Source of the DNA: Candidatus Oxydemutator sp.
GTDB lineage: Bacteria; Pseudomonadota; Gammaproteobacteria; Poriferisulfidales; Oxydemutatoraceae
Length of the DNA stretch: 64,000 bases
Assembly (NCBI GenBank): GCA_965203445.1
Contig: OZ241883.1
Span: 2,016,001 to 2,080,000 of the forward strand
Reading direction: 5' to 3'
Shown here: positions 10,637 through 20,318 of the stretch, piece after piece
How the letters are laid out: each line of letters begins with the position of its first letter
Numbering within the stretch: the first letter of the stretch is position 1
Notes under the pieces: model-generated
Told to the model about the DNA's origin: nothing
The model's input: only the letters and a program-made list of their open reading frames with translations
Database searches by the model: none
Position numbers and translations under genes: made by a program

Positions 10637-10684
10637 GTTGCGCGCCGATCTACGTTGCGCGCGCGGCGCGGCCGCCGGGCATTC

Positions 10685-10713
10685 TTGACTATTCTTCGCA
10701 CAATAGCGACAAT
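10685..10713 (+). promoter_or_regulatory. Putative sigma70 promoter of tRNA-Glu
   Basis: TTGACT (10685-10690), 17-nt spacer, GACAAT (10708-10713), then a GC-rich stretch just before the tRNA. Confidence 0.6.
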
Positions 10714-10727
10714 TCGCACTCCGCAAA

Positions 10728-10803
10728 GTCCCCATCGTCTAGAGGCCTAGGACATCGCCCTTTCACGGCGGCAACAGGGGTTCGAATCCCCTTGGGGACG
10801 CCA
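10728..10803 (+). tRNA. tRNA-Glu (anticodon TTC)
   Basis: GTCCCCATCGTCTAGAGGCCTAGGACATCGCCCTTTCACGGCGGCAACAGGGGTTCGAATCCCCTTGGGGACGCCA; 76 nt, TTC at 10762-10764, GTTCGAATC T-loop, encoded CCA. Confidence 0.98.
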
Positions 10804-10837
10804 CGAGGGCGCGCTTTTGCCCACGTCCGTCCGAGGA

Positions 10838-12244
10838 TTACGCGGTTGTGCGCGGAAACAGGTCGGTAACCACGCCTTCGGCCACCTCGGCTGCGAGTCC
10901 CACGGTCTCCGAAAGAGTAGGGTGGGGGTGCACGACCAGCGCCAGGTCCCGCGAATCGGCCGCCATTTCAATGGCCAGCACGGCTTCGGCGATCAAGTCG
11001 CCGGCGCCGTTTCCGCAAATACCCGCACCCAGCAGCACGCTCGTCCCGGGGTCGAACAATAATTTGGTCAGGCCGTCGCCGCGCCCGGTGGCCAGGGCGC
11101 GGCCGTTCGCCCGCCATGGGAAAACGGCTTTTTTATAATCCAGGCCGCGCTGCCGCGCCCGTTGCTCGGTAAGGCCGGCCCAGGCTATTTCCGGATCGCC
11201 ATAGACGACCGCGGGGACTATCCGGTTCTCGAAGCCGGCTTCGCGCCCGGCAACGTTGTCGGCGGCGACCTTGCCCTGATGCGCCGCCTTGTGCGCCAAC
11301 AGCGGGGGGCCCGCGACGTCTCCCACCGCATAGATATGGGGAACGTTCGTGCGCTGCCGGTCGTCGGCCGCGATGTATCCCCGGCGGTCGGTCTCGACGC
11401 CGGCGCGTTCCAGGCCGATTGCGTCGCTGTTCGGCCGGCGTCCGACGGCGCAGAGAACCGCGTCGAAACGCTCGTCGGAGGAAGGCGACGCCTCCCGCTC
11501 CAGGCGAACGGTCAGCTCGTCGGCGCCCGCGGCCGCGACTCGCCGCACACGGGTGCTCGTCAGAACTTCACACGACTGCGCGAGACGCGCGCACAACGGC
11601 GCGCGCAAATCGTCGTCGCACTCGCCTAGCAGCCGCGCTTCGCTCTCGACCAGCGAGACGCGCGTTCCCATTCCTTCGTAGAGGCAGGCCATCTCGACGC
11701 CGATGACGCCGCCGCCGATGATCAGCAGGCGCTCGGGGATGGTCTCAAAACGCAGCGCGCCGGTGGAATCGAGCAGCCGCGGGTGGCCTTGCGGCAATCC
11801 CGGCAGCGTGTCGTTGCGCGAGCCGGTGGCGATGATTGCATGCTCGAAATCGAGCGTGCGTCCGCTGTTTTCAAGACGCACCTGGTGCGGCGACGCAAAA
11901 ACCGCGGTCTCTTCGATGACCTCGACTTTGCGCCGTCGCGCGAGCGACGCCAGTCCGTTGCCCAGGCGTTCGACGAGCTCGTTCTTGAAGGCGGCGATGC
12001 GTCGTGGGTACAGCTTTGGCTCGCCGAATATGATACCGCGCTCGCCCAGCCCGCGTGCCTCGCGGCCGACGGCCGCCAAGTGCAACAACGCCTTCGACGG
12101 GATGCAGCCGACGTTCAGGCAGACGCCGCCCAACGACGGATAGCGCTCGATCAGTGCGACCGAGCAGCCGAGATCGGCGGCGCGAAAGGCCGCGGTGTAG
12201 CCACCGGGGCCGCCTCCCAATACCAGCACCTGAACGTCTTTCAT
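10838..12244 (-). CDS. lpdA: Dihydrolipoamide dehydrogenase (E3)
   Basis: GGGPGGY, GGVCLNVGCIPSK, IGGGVIG, HPHPTLSE; ATG 12244 overlaps the aceF stop. Confidence 0.95.
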   Translation of the reverse strand: MKDVQVLVLGGGPGGYTAAFRAADLGCSVALIERYPSLGGVCLNVGCIPSKALLHLAAVGREARGLGERGIIFGEPKLYPRRIAAFKNELVERLGNGLASLARRRKVEVIEETAVFASPHQVRLENSGRTLDFEHAIIATGSRNDTLPGLPQGHPRLLDSTGALRFETIPERLLIIGGGVIGVEMACLYEGMGTRVSLVESEARLLGECDDDLRAPLCARLAQSCEVLTSTRVRRVAAAGADELTVRLEREASPSSDERFDAVLCAVGRRPNSDAIGLERAGVETDRRGYIAADDRQRTNVPHIYAVGDVAGPPLLAHKAAHQGKVAADNVAGREAGFENRIVPAVVYGDPEIAWAGLTEQRARQRGLDYKKAVFPWRANGRALATGRGDGLTKLLFDPGTSVLLGAGICGNGAGDLIAEAVLAIEMAADSRDLALVVHPHPTLSETVGLAAEVAEGVVTDLFPRTTA

Positions 12245-13482
12245 CGCGCGTCCGGCAACAACCGGTGCGTTTCGGACAGCAAGCGGCAGTAGCCGTCCAG
12301 AAAACGCGCGGCGTCGGCGCCGTTGACGACGCGGTGATCGTAGGAAAGGTCGAGCGGCAGCATCAGACGCGGCACGAAGGCACGCCCGTCCCACAGCGGC
12401 GCGATGCGCGCGCGGCTGACGCCGAGAATCGCGGTCTCCGGCGCGTTGACGATCGGCGTGAAGGCGCTGCCGCCGATGCCGCCCTGGTTGCTTATCGTGA
12501 TACAGCCCCCCTGCAGGTCGGCTGCGGCGAGCCTGCCGGCGCGCGCCCGCCGCGCAAGATCGTTGACGGTGCCTGCGATTTCGAGCACGTCTTTGCGGTC
12601 GGCGTTGCGCACGACCGGGGCAAACAAGCCGCCGGGGACGTCCATCGCGACGCTGACGTGACAGTACTGCTTTTGTATCAGGCGCCCCTTGTCATCGAAC
12701 GCGACGTTGAATTTTGGGCAGCCGCGCAACGACAAAGCCAGGGCTTTTATCAGAAAGGCAAGCAGCGTCAATTTGATTTTTTCGCCGGCCGCCGCCAGTT
12801 GCTTGCGTCTGTCCTCCAGATCGGTGACATCGGCCTCGTCGTGCTGGGTGACGTGTGGCACGTTCCACCAGGCTCGGCGCACGCGCTCGGCGACGGCGGA
12901 CTGGATGCGGTCGGGTTCGACAATTTTCACCGGGCCGAAGCGCGAGAAATCCGTACTTCGCACCGCTGGCAATGGCGGTGAGGCAACGTGTTGTGACGTT
13001 CTCCTGACAAAATCTTTCACGTCCCGCTCCAGAATGCGCTCCTTCGGGCCGCTGCCCCGAACGGCGCGCAGATCTACGCCGAGTTCGCGCGCAAAGCGCC
13101 TGACCGAGGGGCCGGCTCTGATCATGCCTTGTTCCCGCGTCCGTTTCTCCGGCGGTGTTCCGGGCGGCGCGCCCGCTTCGGTGGCGCGCGCGACGCCTGC
13201 TGCCGGTGGTCGTGGCGAAGCGGCCTTTGCGGACGCCGCCGGCTCGGATGTCTCGAGCGTCAGCAGCGGCGCGCCGGCCGCGACCTTGCTCCCCAGCTTC
13301 ACGTGCAGCGTCCGCACGACGCCCGCCGCCTGCGCCGGCAATTCCATGGCCGCTTTCTCGCTTTCCAGCGTTACTACCGAGTCGCCCTCGGCGATGCGAT
13401 CTCCCGGTTCGACCAATATCTCGATAACCTCGACTTCATCGAAATCGCCGAGATCGGGGAGCGTAAGAACGTGCTCTTTCAC
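12241..13482 (-). CDS. aceF: Pyruvate dehydrogenase E2, single lipoyl domain
   Basis: LESEKA lipoyl site, GPSVRRFARELGVDL E3-binding domain, ISNQGGIGG, LSYDHRVVNG; GTG start 13482. Confidence 0.93.
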   Translation of the reverse strand: MKEHVLTLPDLGDFDEVEVIEILVEPGDRIAEGDSVVTLESEKAAMELPAQAAGVVRTLHVKLGSKVAAGAPLLTLETSEPAASAKAASPRPPAAGVARATEAGAPPGTPPEKRTREQGMIRAGPSVRRFARELGVDLRAVRGSGPKERILERDVKDFVRRTSQHVASPPLPAVRSTDFSRFGPVKIVEPDRIQSAVAERVRRAWWNVPHVTQHDEADVTDLEDRRKQLAAAGEKIKLTLLAFLIKALALSLRGCPKFNVAFDDKGRLIQKQYCHVSVAMDVPGGLFAPVVRNADRKDVLEIAGTVNDLARRARAGRLAAADLQGGCITISNQGGIGGSAFTPIVNAPETAILGVSRARIAPLWDGRAFVPRLMLPLDLSYDHRVVNGADAARFLDGYCRLLSETHRLLPDAR

Positions 13483-13495
13483 CGGCTTCCCGTTC

Positions 13496-16156
13496 TCAGC
13501 GCGACGCGCCCGGCGCGGGCTTGTCGGCTTCGATACCGTAGCGTTCGATTGCCTGCTCCACGTGTGCGCTTCCGACGTTCGCGGCCGCGGAGCGCGCCAG
13601 TGCATGCAGCGCGGTGACGGCGATATGGCGGCGGCTGACCTCGAAAAAATTCCGTAGTTGCTCGCGCGTGTCGGAGCGCCCGAAACCGTCGGTGCCGAGA
13701 GTGTGGTAGGGGGCCGCGACGTAGGCCCGGATCTGCTCGGCGTACGCGTGCACGTAGTCGCTGGCGGCGACGACGGGCGCCGCGCCGTCTCCCAGACAGC
13801 CCGCGACCCACGACTTGCGGCGCGCGCTACCGGGGTGCAGGCGATTGTAGCGTGCAACGCGGCGGCCGTCGCGCGCCAGCTCGGTGAAGCTGGTCACGCT
13901 CCAGACTTCGGCCGCGACGCCCCATTCCTCCGAGAGCATCTTTTGCGCGGCCAGGCATTCCCTCAGGATGGCGCCGGAGCCGAGCAGACGCACGTCCGGG
14001 TTTTCGACGCGCTCCAGGAGATACATGCCGTTCAATATGCCGTCCTCCGCGCCCGCCGGCAGCGCCGGGTGGGAATAGTTCTCGTTCATCAGCGTGATGT
14101 AGAAGAACACGTCTTCCTGCTCTTGCACCATGCGCTCGAGCCCTTTGCGAATGATGACGGCCAGTTCATACGCGTAGCAGGGATCGTACGACACGCAGTT
14201 CGGCACCACCGAGGACAGCACGTGGCTGTGCCCGTCCTGGTGCTGCAAGCCTTCGCCGGCGAGCGTCGTGCGCCCGGCGGTGCCGCCCATCAGGAAACCG
14301 CGCGCCTGCATGTCGCCGGCGGCCCAGATCAGGTCGCCGACGCGCTGGAAGCCGAACATCGAGTAGAAGATGTAGAAGGGCACCATGTTGACGCCGTGTA
14401 TCGCGTATGCGGTGGCGGCCGCGAGCCAGGATGAGAATGCGCCGGCTTCGCAGATGGCCTCCTCGAGTATCTGGCCCGACCGGTTTTCTTTGTACACCAT
14501 GACCTGATCGGCGTCCTGCGGCTCGTACAGCTGCCCCACCGACGAGTAGATTCCCAGCGTGCGAAACAGGCCTTCCATGCCGAAGGTGCGCGCCTCGTCG
14601 GGGACTATCGGCACGACGCGGCGTCCGAACCGCGGTTCCCTGCAAAGCAGCGTCAAAACGCGCACGAAGGCCATCGTCGTCGAGAATCGCCGCTCGCCGC
14701 CGGCTTCGAGCAGCGGCGCCAGCACCTCGGGCGCCGGCGGCGGCAGCGGCCGCGCCTCGAGGTGGCGGCGGCGCTGGGGCATAAAGCCGCCCAATGCCTC
14801 GCGGCGGTCGCGCAGATAACGGTACTCGGGCGTGTCCCGACGCAGGCGGACGTATTCGAGGCGCTCGACCTGTTCGTCGTCGAGCGGGATGTCAAAGCGG
14901 TCGCGCATTTCTTTCAGCGACGCGACGTTCATTTTTTTCTGTTGGTGCGACTTGTTCTGTCCCTCGCCGGACTCTCCCATGCCGTAACCCTTGACGGTCT
15001 TCGCCAGAACCACGGTGGGCTGCCCCTCGTGGCGCACCGCCTCGTGGTAGGCCGCATACACCTTGTGCGGGTCGTGGCCACCGCGATTCAGGCGCCACAG
15101 CTCCTGATCCGACAGATGCGAGACCATGTCCAGCAGTTCGGGGTGCGTGCCGAAGAAATGCTCGCGGATGTAGGCGCCGTCCCGCGCCTTGTAGTTCTGA
15201 TAGTCTCCATCCACCGCCTGTTCCATTCTATTGAGAAGCAGTCCTTTTTTATCTTTTTCCAGCAGCGGATCCCAATAGGAACCCCAGATGACCTTGAGCA
15301 CGTTCCAGCGCGCACCGCGAAAAACGCCTTCCAGTTCCTGGATAATTTTGCCGTTGCCGCGCACCGGCCCGTCGAGGCGCTGTAGATTGCAGTTGATGAC
15401 GAAGATCAGGTTGTCGAGTCGCTCGCGCCCGGCCAGCGAAATCGCGCCTAGCGATTCCGGCTCGTCCATCTCGCCGTCGCCCAGAAACACCCATACTTTT
15501 CTACCGTGCGCGTCCGCCAGTTTCCGGTTGTTCATATATTTCATGAAGTGCGCCTGGTAAATACCCATAATAGCGGACAGCCCCATGGATACCGTCGGGA
15601 ATTGCCAGAATTCCGGCATCAGCCGGGGATGCGGATAGGAAGACAGGCCGCAACGCTTGATCTCGCGGCGAAAATTATCGAGTTGTTCCTCATTCAGGCG
15701 CCGCTCCAGAAACGCGCGCGCGTAAATGCCGGGCGAACTGTGGCCCTGGATGAACAGCAAATCGCCGCCGTTTGCAGCGTCAGGTCCTTGGAAAAAATGG
15801 TTGAAACCGACGTCGTAAAGCGTCGCCGCGGAGGCGAAAGTCGCGATATGGCCTCCCAGGCCGGGATTCCTGCGGTTGGCGCGGATGACCATGGCGGCCG
15901 CGTTCCAGCGAACGTAGGAGCGAAGGCGGCGCTCGATAGCCTGATCGCCGGGACTTGGCGCCTGGCGCTCGACCGGGATGGTGTTGCGGTAAGGCGTGTT
16001 GACGCCGCGTGCCGCGCCTAGGCCCAGGCGCTCGCCCTGGGCGGCCAGTCGGGTGAGCAGATAAGCGCCGCGTTCGCGGCCATCGTTGGCTACGACCGCT
16101 CGCAGGGCGTCGATCCATTCTTCGGTTTCTCGCGGGTCGCCGTCGTGGGTCGCCAT
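13496..16156 (-). CDS. aceE: Pyruvate dehydrogenase E1 (homodimeric type)
   Basis: GGHIATFAS, SSYPHP, GDGEMDEPES, NCNLQRLDGPV, PDEARTFGMEG, GEGLQHQDGHS. Confidence 0.97.
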   Translation of the reverse strand: MATHDGDPRETEEWIDALRAVVANDGRERGAYLLTRLAAQGERLGLGAARGVNTPYRNTIPVERQAPSPGDQAIERRLRSYVRWNAAAMVIRANRRNPGLGGHIATFASAATLYDVGFNHFFQGPDAANGGDLLFIQGHSSPGIYARAFLERRLNEEQLDNFRREIKRCGLSSYPHPRLMPEFWQFPTVSMGLSAIMGIYQAHFMKYMNNRKLADAHGRKVWVFLGDGEMDEPESLGAISLAGRERLDNLIFVINCNLQRLDGPVRGNGKIIQELEGVFRGARWNVLKVIWGSYWDPLLEKDKKGLLLNRMEQAVDGDYQNYKARDGAYIREHFFGTHPELLDMVSHLSDQELWRLNRGGHDPHKVYAAYHEAVRHEGQPTVVLAKTVKGYGMGESGEGQNKSHQQKKMNVASLKEMRDRFDIPLDDEQVERLEYVRLRRDTPEYRYLRDRREALGGFMPQRRRHLEARPLPPPAPEVLAPLLEAGGERRFSTTMAFVRVLTLLCREPRFGRRVVPIVPDEARTFGMEGLFRTLGIYSSVGQLYEPQDADQVMVYKENRSGQILEEAICEAGAFSSWLAAATAYAIHGVNMVPFYIFYSMFGFQRVGDLIWAAGDMQARGFLMGGTAGRTTLAGEGLQHQDGHSHVLSSVVPNCVSYDPCYAYELAVIIRKGLERMVQEQEDVFFYITLMNENYSHPALPAGAEDGILNGMYLLERVENPDVRLLGSGAILRECLAAQKMLSEEWGVAAEVWSVTSFTELARDGRRVARYNRLHPGSARRKSWVAGCLGDGAAPVVAASDYVHAYAEQIRAYVAAPYHTLGTDGFGRSDTREQLRNFFEVSRRHIAVTALHALARSAAANVGSAHVEQAIERYGIEADKPAPGASR

Positions 16157-16163
16157 CTTTCGT

Positions 16164-16952
16164 CTAGGCGCGGATACCGACGCCGCGATCGAGCAGGTAC
16201 AGGCACAGGAGCGTGAACGCGACGAGGAAAAGCGTGATGACGGCCAGGGCCACGCCGGTGCCGACGTCGCTGTCGCCGAGGGCGCCTTCGCGGAACACGT
16301 TGATCATGTAAAAGATCGGATTCAGCAGCGATACCACGCGCCAGAAATCCGGCAGCATTTCGATGGAGTAAAAAATACCGCCCAGGTAGGTCAGCGGCAT
16401 CAACACGAAGGTCGGGATGATGGCTATGCCGTCGAAGCTTTTTGCGTACACGCCGTTGACCAATCCGGCCATCGAAAACAGGATTGCGGTCAGCAGCAAT
16501 ACCAGCACGGCGAGGCCCGCGTCGGGAAAGGGCAGGTGGCCGAAAAACAGGGACACCGCGAGCACGACGGCGCCGACGGTCAAGCCCCGCAGCACTCCGC
16601 CGATAACGAAGCCGGCCAGGATGATGGACGGCGGCATCGGCGAGATCAGCATTTCCTCGATGTTGCCGTGAAAGCGCGAGCTATAGAACGACGCGACGAC
16701 GTTGGCATAGGCGTTGGTGATCACCGACATCAGAATCAGGCCCGGGATGATGTATTCGACGTAGCTGTGCGCGCCGACGTCGCCGATTTGCGAACCGATC
16801 AGTTTGCCGAAAATGACGAAATACAAGACGGTTGTGACGGCCGGCGGCAGCAGCGTCTGCACCCAGATGCGCGCGAACCGCAGCACCTCGCGGTACGCCA
16901 ACGTGTAGAGGGCGATCGCGACGTAGCGCGGGCTGATTCGTGCGGTGGACAT
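16164..16952 (-). CDS. yadH: ABC-2 transporter permease (YadH-like)
   Basis: RIWVQTLLPP, PGLILMSVITNAYANV, PLTYLGGIFYS, NPIFYMIN. Confidence 0.88.
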   Translation of the reverse strand: MSTARISPRYVAIALYTLAYREVLRFARIWVQTLLPPAVTTVLYFVIFGKLIGSQIGDVGAHSYVEYIIPGLILMSVITNAYANVVASFYSSRFHGNIEEMLISPMPPSIILAGFVIGGVLRGLTVGAVVLAVSLFFGHLPFPDAGLAVLVLLLTAILFSMAGLVNGVYAKSFDGIAIIPTFVLMPLTYLGGIFYSIEMLPDFWRVVSLLNPIFYMINVFREGALGDSDVGTGVALAVITLFLVAFTLLCLYLLDRGVGIRA

Positions 16953-16960
16953 CGTGCGCG

Positions 16961-17884
16961 CTACTCCGTCGCCACCAGCTTGAGGAACAGCTCCTCAAGC
17001 CGGTTGCTGGTGTTGCGCAGGCTGAGCAGTCGGACGTCGTGGCTTTGCAGCTCGCTGAATACCGCCGCCAGATCGGTGTCCTTGCCGGTCACCAGTTCGA
17101 GCGTGCGGCTGTCGATCAGGCGCAAACGCGCCGAGCGCAGGCGCGGCGCCTCGGTGAGCGGTTCTTTCAGGTACAACGTGAACGATTCCGACTCCAGCCG
17201 TTCGAGCAGGTTTCTCATCGGCGAGTCCGTGATGATCTTCCCACCGTCTATGATCGCGATGTTGCGACACAGGCGCTCGGCTTCCTCCAGGTAGTGCGTG
17301 GTCAGGATGATCGTCGTCCCCCGGCGGTTCAGATCGATCAGAAAATCCCAGACCATGCGACGGATCTCGATGTCCACGCCGGCGGTCGGTTCGTCCAATA
17401 TCAGCAGGCGCGGGCGGTGGAGCAGGGCGCGCGCAATCATCAGGCGGCGCTTCATGCCGCCGGACAGGCTGCGCGCCTGCTCGCGGCGCTTCTCCCACAG
17501 ACCGAGCCGCACCAGTTGTTCCTCGGCGCGGCGCGTAGCCTCGCGCGGCGGCACCCCATAGTAGCCCGCCTGGTTGACCAGTATCTCCTGGACCGGCTCG
17601 AACTGGTTGAAACTGAACTCCTGCGGCACCAGACCGATGTGAATCTTGGCCTGCGAGGGGTTTTTGTCCAGGTCGTGGCCGTACACCGATATGCTGCCGG
17701 CGGTCTTGTTGACGAGCGAGGTGACGATGCCGATGGTGGTGGATTTGCCGGCGCCGTTCGGCCCGAGCAGCGCGAAGAAATCGCCGTGCTCGACCTGAAG
17801 GTCTATGCCTTGCAGGGCGACGTGGCCGTTTGCATACACTTTGTGCAGTTGCGAGATGGCAAGCGCGGTATTCGCGGTATTCAT
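16961..17884 (-). CDS. yadG: ABC transporter ATP-binding protein (YadG-like)
   Basis: GPNGAGKST, GLVPQEF, LSGGMKRR, ILDEPTAGVD, TTHYLEEA, NRLEELF. Confidence 0.88.
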   Translation of the reverse strand: MNTANTALAISQLHKVYANGHVALQGIDLQVEHGDFFALLGPNGAGKSTTIGIVTSLVNKTAGSISVYGHDLDKNPSQAKIHIGLVPQEFSFNQFEPVQEILVNQAGYYGVPPREATRRAEEQLVRLGLWEKRREQARSLSGGMKRRLMIARALLHRPRLLILDEPTAGVDIEIRRMVWDFLIDLNRRGTTIILTTHYLEEAERLCRNIAIIDGGKIITDSPMRNLLERLESESFTLYLKEPLTEAPRLRSARLRLIDSRTLELVTGKDTDLAAVFSELQSHDVRLLSLRNTSNRLEELFLKLVATE

Positions 17885-17957
17885 GGTGCGGGATTGATTA
17901 CAGCCATTCGGGAATTATATACTTGCCTTCGCCGGTTGCCTGCCGACGGGCGCGCCT

Positions 17958-18983
17958 ATGATGGACACGATAGACAGGAGCTTCTGCGTCGCACCGATGA
18001 TGGAGCGCACCGACCGACATTTCCGCTATCTGTTGCGCCTGATGTCGAAACGCGCGGTGCTGTATACCGAGATGCTGACGGCGTCGGCGTTGCTGCACGG
18101 CGACGCGCGGCGCCTGCTTGCGTTCGACGCCGGCGAACACCCGTTGGCGTTGCAGATCGCCGGCCACGACGCCACCCGGATGGCGCGTTGCGCCGTGCTT
18201 GCCCGGGAATGGGGCTACGACGAGATCAACGTCAACGTCGGCTGCCCCAGCGCGCGCGCGCAATCCGGCAACTTCGGCGCGTGCCTGATGCAGACGCCCG
18301 AGGTCGTCGCGCGTTGCGTCGCTGAGATGGTCGCGGCCGCGCGTCTGCCGGTCACGGTCAAATGCCGCATCGGCGTCGAGCGGCGCGGCGCCCGAGTCGA
18401 AAGCCGGGCTGAAAACGGTTATCGGGACTTGTGTCGCTTTGTCGAGAGCGTATCGCGGGCGGGCTGCAAAACCTTTATCATCCACGCACGCAAGGCGCTG
18501 TTAGGCCGAGGCGGCCCGTCGCCGAAGCAAAACCGCCGAGCGCCGCCGCTGCAGTACGACCGCGTCCATGCACTGAAGCGTGATTTCCCGGAGCTCGAAA
18601 TCATTCTGAACGGAGGGATGCAGTCGCTGGAACGGGCGAGGGAAGCCGTCGGCAACCTCGACGGCGTCATGTTGGGGCGCGCGGTGTACGCCGACCCGTT
18701 TATAGTGCGCGACGTGGATCGCCTGTTCTATGGGATCGAGGACGCGCCGCCCGCAAGCCGCCGCCAAGTCGCGCACGCGATGTCGGGCTATATCGAGACG
18801 GCAATGGAAAACGGCGTTCCGGCCGGGCGCCTGGTGCGCCATCTTGCGCACTGGTGCGACGGTCGGCGCGGCACTCGAAACTGGCGGCGCTGGCTCAGCC
18901 TGGAAGCACCGAAGCTACCGCGGCGAGAGTTGATGCCCGAATTGAGGCTGCGTCTTAAGGCAGTGTGCCCGGAGTTCGCCTGA
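17958..18983 (+). CDS. dusA: tRNA-dihydrouridine synthase A
   Basis: VAPMM, TDRHFRY, LYTEM, EHPLALQ, NVGCPS, FGACLM, VTVKCRIG, HARKA, NGG, GVMLGR. Confidence 0.93.
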   Translation: MMDTIDRSFCVAPMMERTDRHFRYLLRLMSKRAVLYTEMLTASALLHGDARRLLAFDAGEHPLALQIAGHDATRMARCAVLAREWGYDEINVNVGCPSARAQSGNFGACLMQTPEVVARCVAEMVAAARLPVTVKCRIGVERRGARVESRAENGYRDLCRFVESVSRAGCKTFIIHARKALLGRGGPSPKQNRRAPPLQYDRVHALKRDFPELEIILNGGMQSLERAREAVGNLDGVMLGRAVYADPFIVRDVDRLFYGIEDAPPASRRQVAHAMSGYIETAMENGVPAGRLVRHLAHWCDGRRGTRNWRRWLSLEAPKLPRRELMPELRLRLKAVCPEFA

Positions 18984-18993
18984 ATACGAGCCG

Positions 18994-19767
18994 ATGGCCG
19001 CCTGGATACGCTTTGCCAGAGGCGCGGACACAGGCTTCGGGCGCCTGGACGGTGATCACGTACGCGTACACAAAGGCGACTTGTTCGCCGCGCCGACGCC
19101 CGCGAACGAGCGCCTGGCGCTCGCCGACGTCGAGATTCTGACACCGTGCACGCCGTCGAAGATGATCGCACTGTGGAACAACTACCACGCGCTGGCGGCG
19201 GCGAAAGCTCTCGAACCTCCGCGCACGCCGCTGTATCTGTTCAAGCCCGCAAATACCTGGCTGGCCCACGAACGGAGCATATACCACCCGCAAGGCTACG
19301 ACGGCAAAGTCTTCTACGAAGGCGAACTCGGCATAGTGATCGGCTCCAGGGTCGCGAACGCGAGCGTCGCCACCGCCGCCGCCGCCATCTTCGGCTACAC
19401 CTGCGTCAACGACGTTACCGCCTTCGATCTGCTGAAGGAATACCCGGGCTTCGACCAATGGAGCAGGGCCAAGGGCTTCGACGGCTTCGGCGCGTTCGGA
19501 CCGGCCATCGTAAGCGATCTGGATTATCGCGCCCTCGAGATCATAACCCGCGTCAACGGCGACGAAGTGCAGCGCTATCCGGCCGCCGACATGATTCTGG
19601 CGCCGGACGAGGTGGTGGCGGCGCTGTCGTGCAACATGACGCTGCTGCCGGGCGACGTGATTTGCTGCGGCACCTCGGTCGGGCTCGGGGCGATGCCACC
19701 AGGCTGTCGGGTAGAAGTGGACATAAAAGGCATAGGGCGTTTGGTAAATACCTATAAAATCAGATAA
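18994..19767 (+). CDS. Fumarylacetoacetate hydrolase family protein
   Basis: PSKMIA, FKP, YEGELGIVIG, GYTCVNDVTA, AKGFDGF, TLLPGDVI. Confidence 0.9.
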   Translation: MAAWIRFARGADTGFGRLDGDHVRVHKGDLFAAPTPANERLALADVEILTPCTPSKMIALWNNYHALAAAKALEPPRTPLYLFKPANTWLAHERSIYHPQGYDGKVFYEGELGIVIGSRVANASVATAAAAIFGYTCVNDVTAFDLLKEYPGFDQWSRAKGFDGFGAFGPAIVSDLDYRALEIITRVNGDEVQRYPAADMILAPDEVVAALSCNMTLLPGDVICCGTSVGLGAMPPGCRVEVDIKGIGRLVNTYKIR

Positions 19768-19783
19768 ATTGGTCTCTTCCATA

Positions 19784-19811
19784 ATTTAACATAATATACA
19801 TTATGCGAAGT
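19784..19811 (-). other. dif: dif site (XerC/XerD chromosome dimer resolution site)
   Basis: Minus strand reads ACTTCGCATAA TGTATA TTATGTTAAAT: XerD arm and spacer identical to E. coli dif (GGTGCGCATAA TGTATA TTATGTTAAAT), XerC arm differs only in its outer bases; lies in an AT-rich intergenic region. Confidence 0.95.
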
Positions 19812-19896
19812 AAGGAGTGTACGAACTTATGGGCTGCGCACTAGGACAAAGAACGCCCTGAGGATACGATCCGGGGCCACGGTCGACCTCGCCCTA

Positions 19897-19924
19897 TTGC
19901 CATGTGTCGAACAATAAATATAAT
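19897..19924 (+). promoter_or_regulatory. Putative strong sigma70 promoter of the Lpp/OprI-like lipoprotein gene
   Basis: TTGCCA (19897-19902), 16-nt spacer, TATAAT (19919-19924); GGAG RBS at 19987-19990. Confidence 0.6.
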
Positions 19925-19998
19925 TCCCGCGTTCGCTCGCTTGGTTTGTTTCTAACCATGCATGATCACAACAATCAAAGAACCCTGGAGTTTTATCT

Positions 19999-20235
19999 AT
20001 GAAGAAGCATTACCTTCTGGCTTCCGTTTGCATGCTGCTTTTGGCGGGTTGCGGCGGCATGACCATGGAACAAATGAAAATGATGGAAGACATGAAGACG
20101 CATATGAATGAAATGCAATTTCAAGTCAACAAGGCTGAAACCGACGCGGCACGCGCCAAGGAAATGGCCCACGAGGCCATGATGAAAGCCACTCATTCGA
20201 AGAAAAGAAAGAGAATGCGCGGGATGATGAAATAA
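19999..20235 (+). CDS. Lpp/OprI-like alanine-zipper outer-membrane lipoprotein, methionine-rich
   Basis: MKK+hydrophobic+LAGC lipobox, 78 aa, 3-4 heptad spacing, basic tail ending in Lys; own promoter, RBS and terminator; convergent with an L,D-transpeptidase. Confidence 0.85.
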   Translation: MKKHYLLASVCMLLLAGCGGMTMEQMKMMEDMKTHMNEMQFQVNKAETDAARAKEMAHEAMMKATHSKKRKRMRGMMK

Positions 20236-20258
20236 TTGTCTCGATTTCTCGTCCACCT

Positions 20259-20286
20259 GAAAGGGGCCGCCAGGCCCCTTTTCTTT
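20259..20286. terminator. Intrinsic (probably bidirectional) terminator
   Basis: GAAAGGGGCC-GCCA-GGCCCCTTTTCTTT hairpin with U-tract between convergent genes. Confidence 0.85.
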
Positions 20287-20318
20287 GGCCCGGCTTCGGT
20301 GCCGACCCTTGCACGCGC

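Noticed and set aside
10728-10840. tRNA-Glu as an integration site for an island
   Set aside because: No integrase and no duplicated tRNA 3' end seen; lpdA ends about 35 bp downstream
12310-12345. AceF active-site motif HRVVNG instead of HRxxDG
   Set aside because: Asn at this position is a known natural variant in some proteobacterial E2p enzymes (e.g. Azotobacter); not evidence of inactivation
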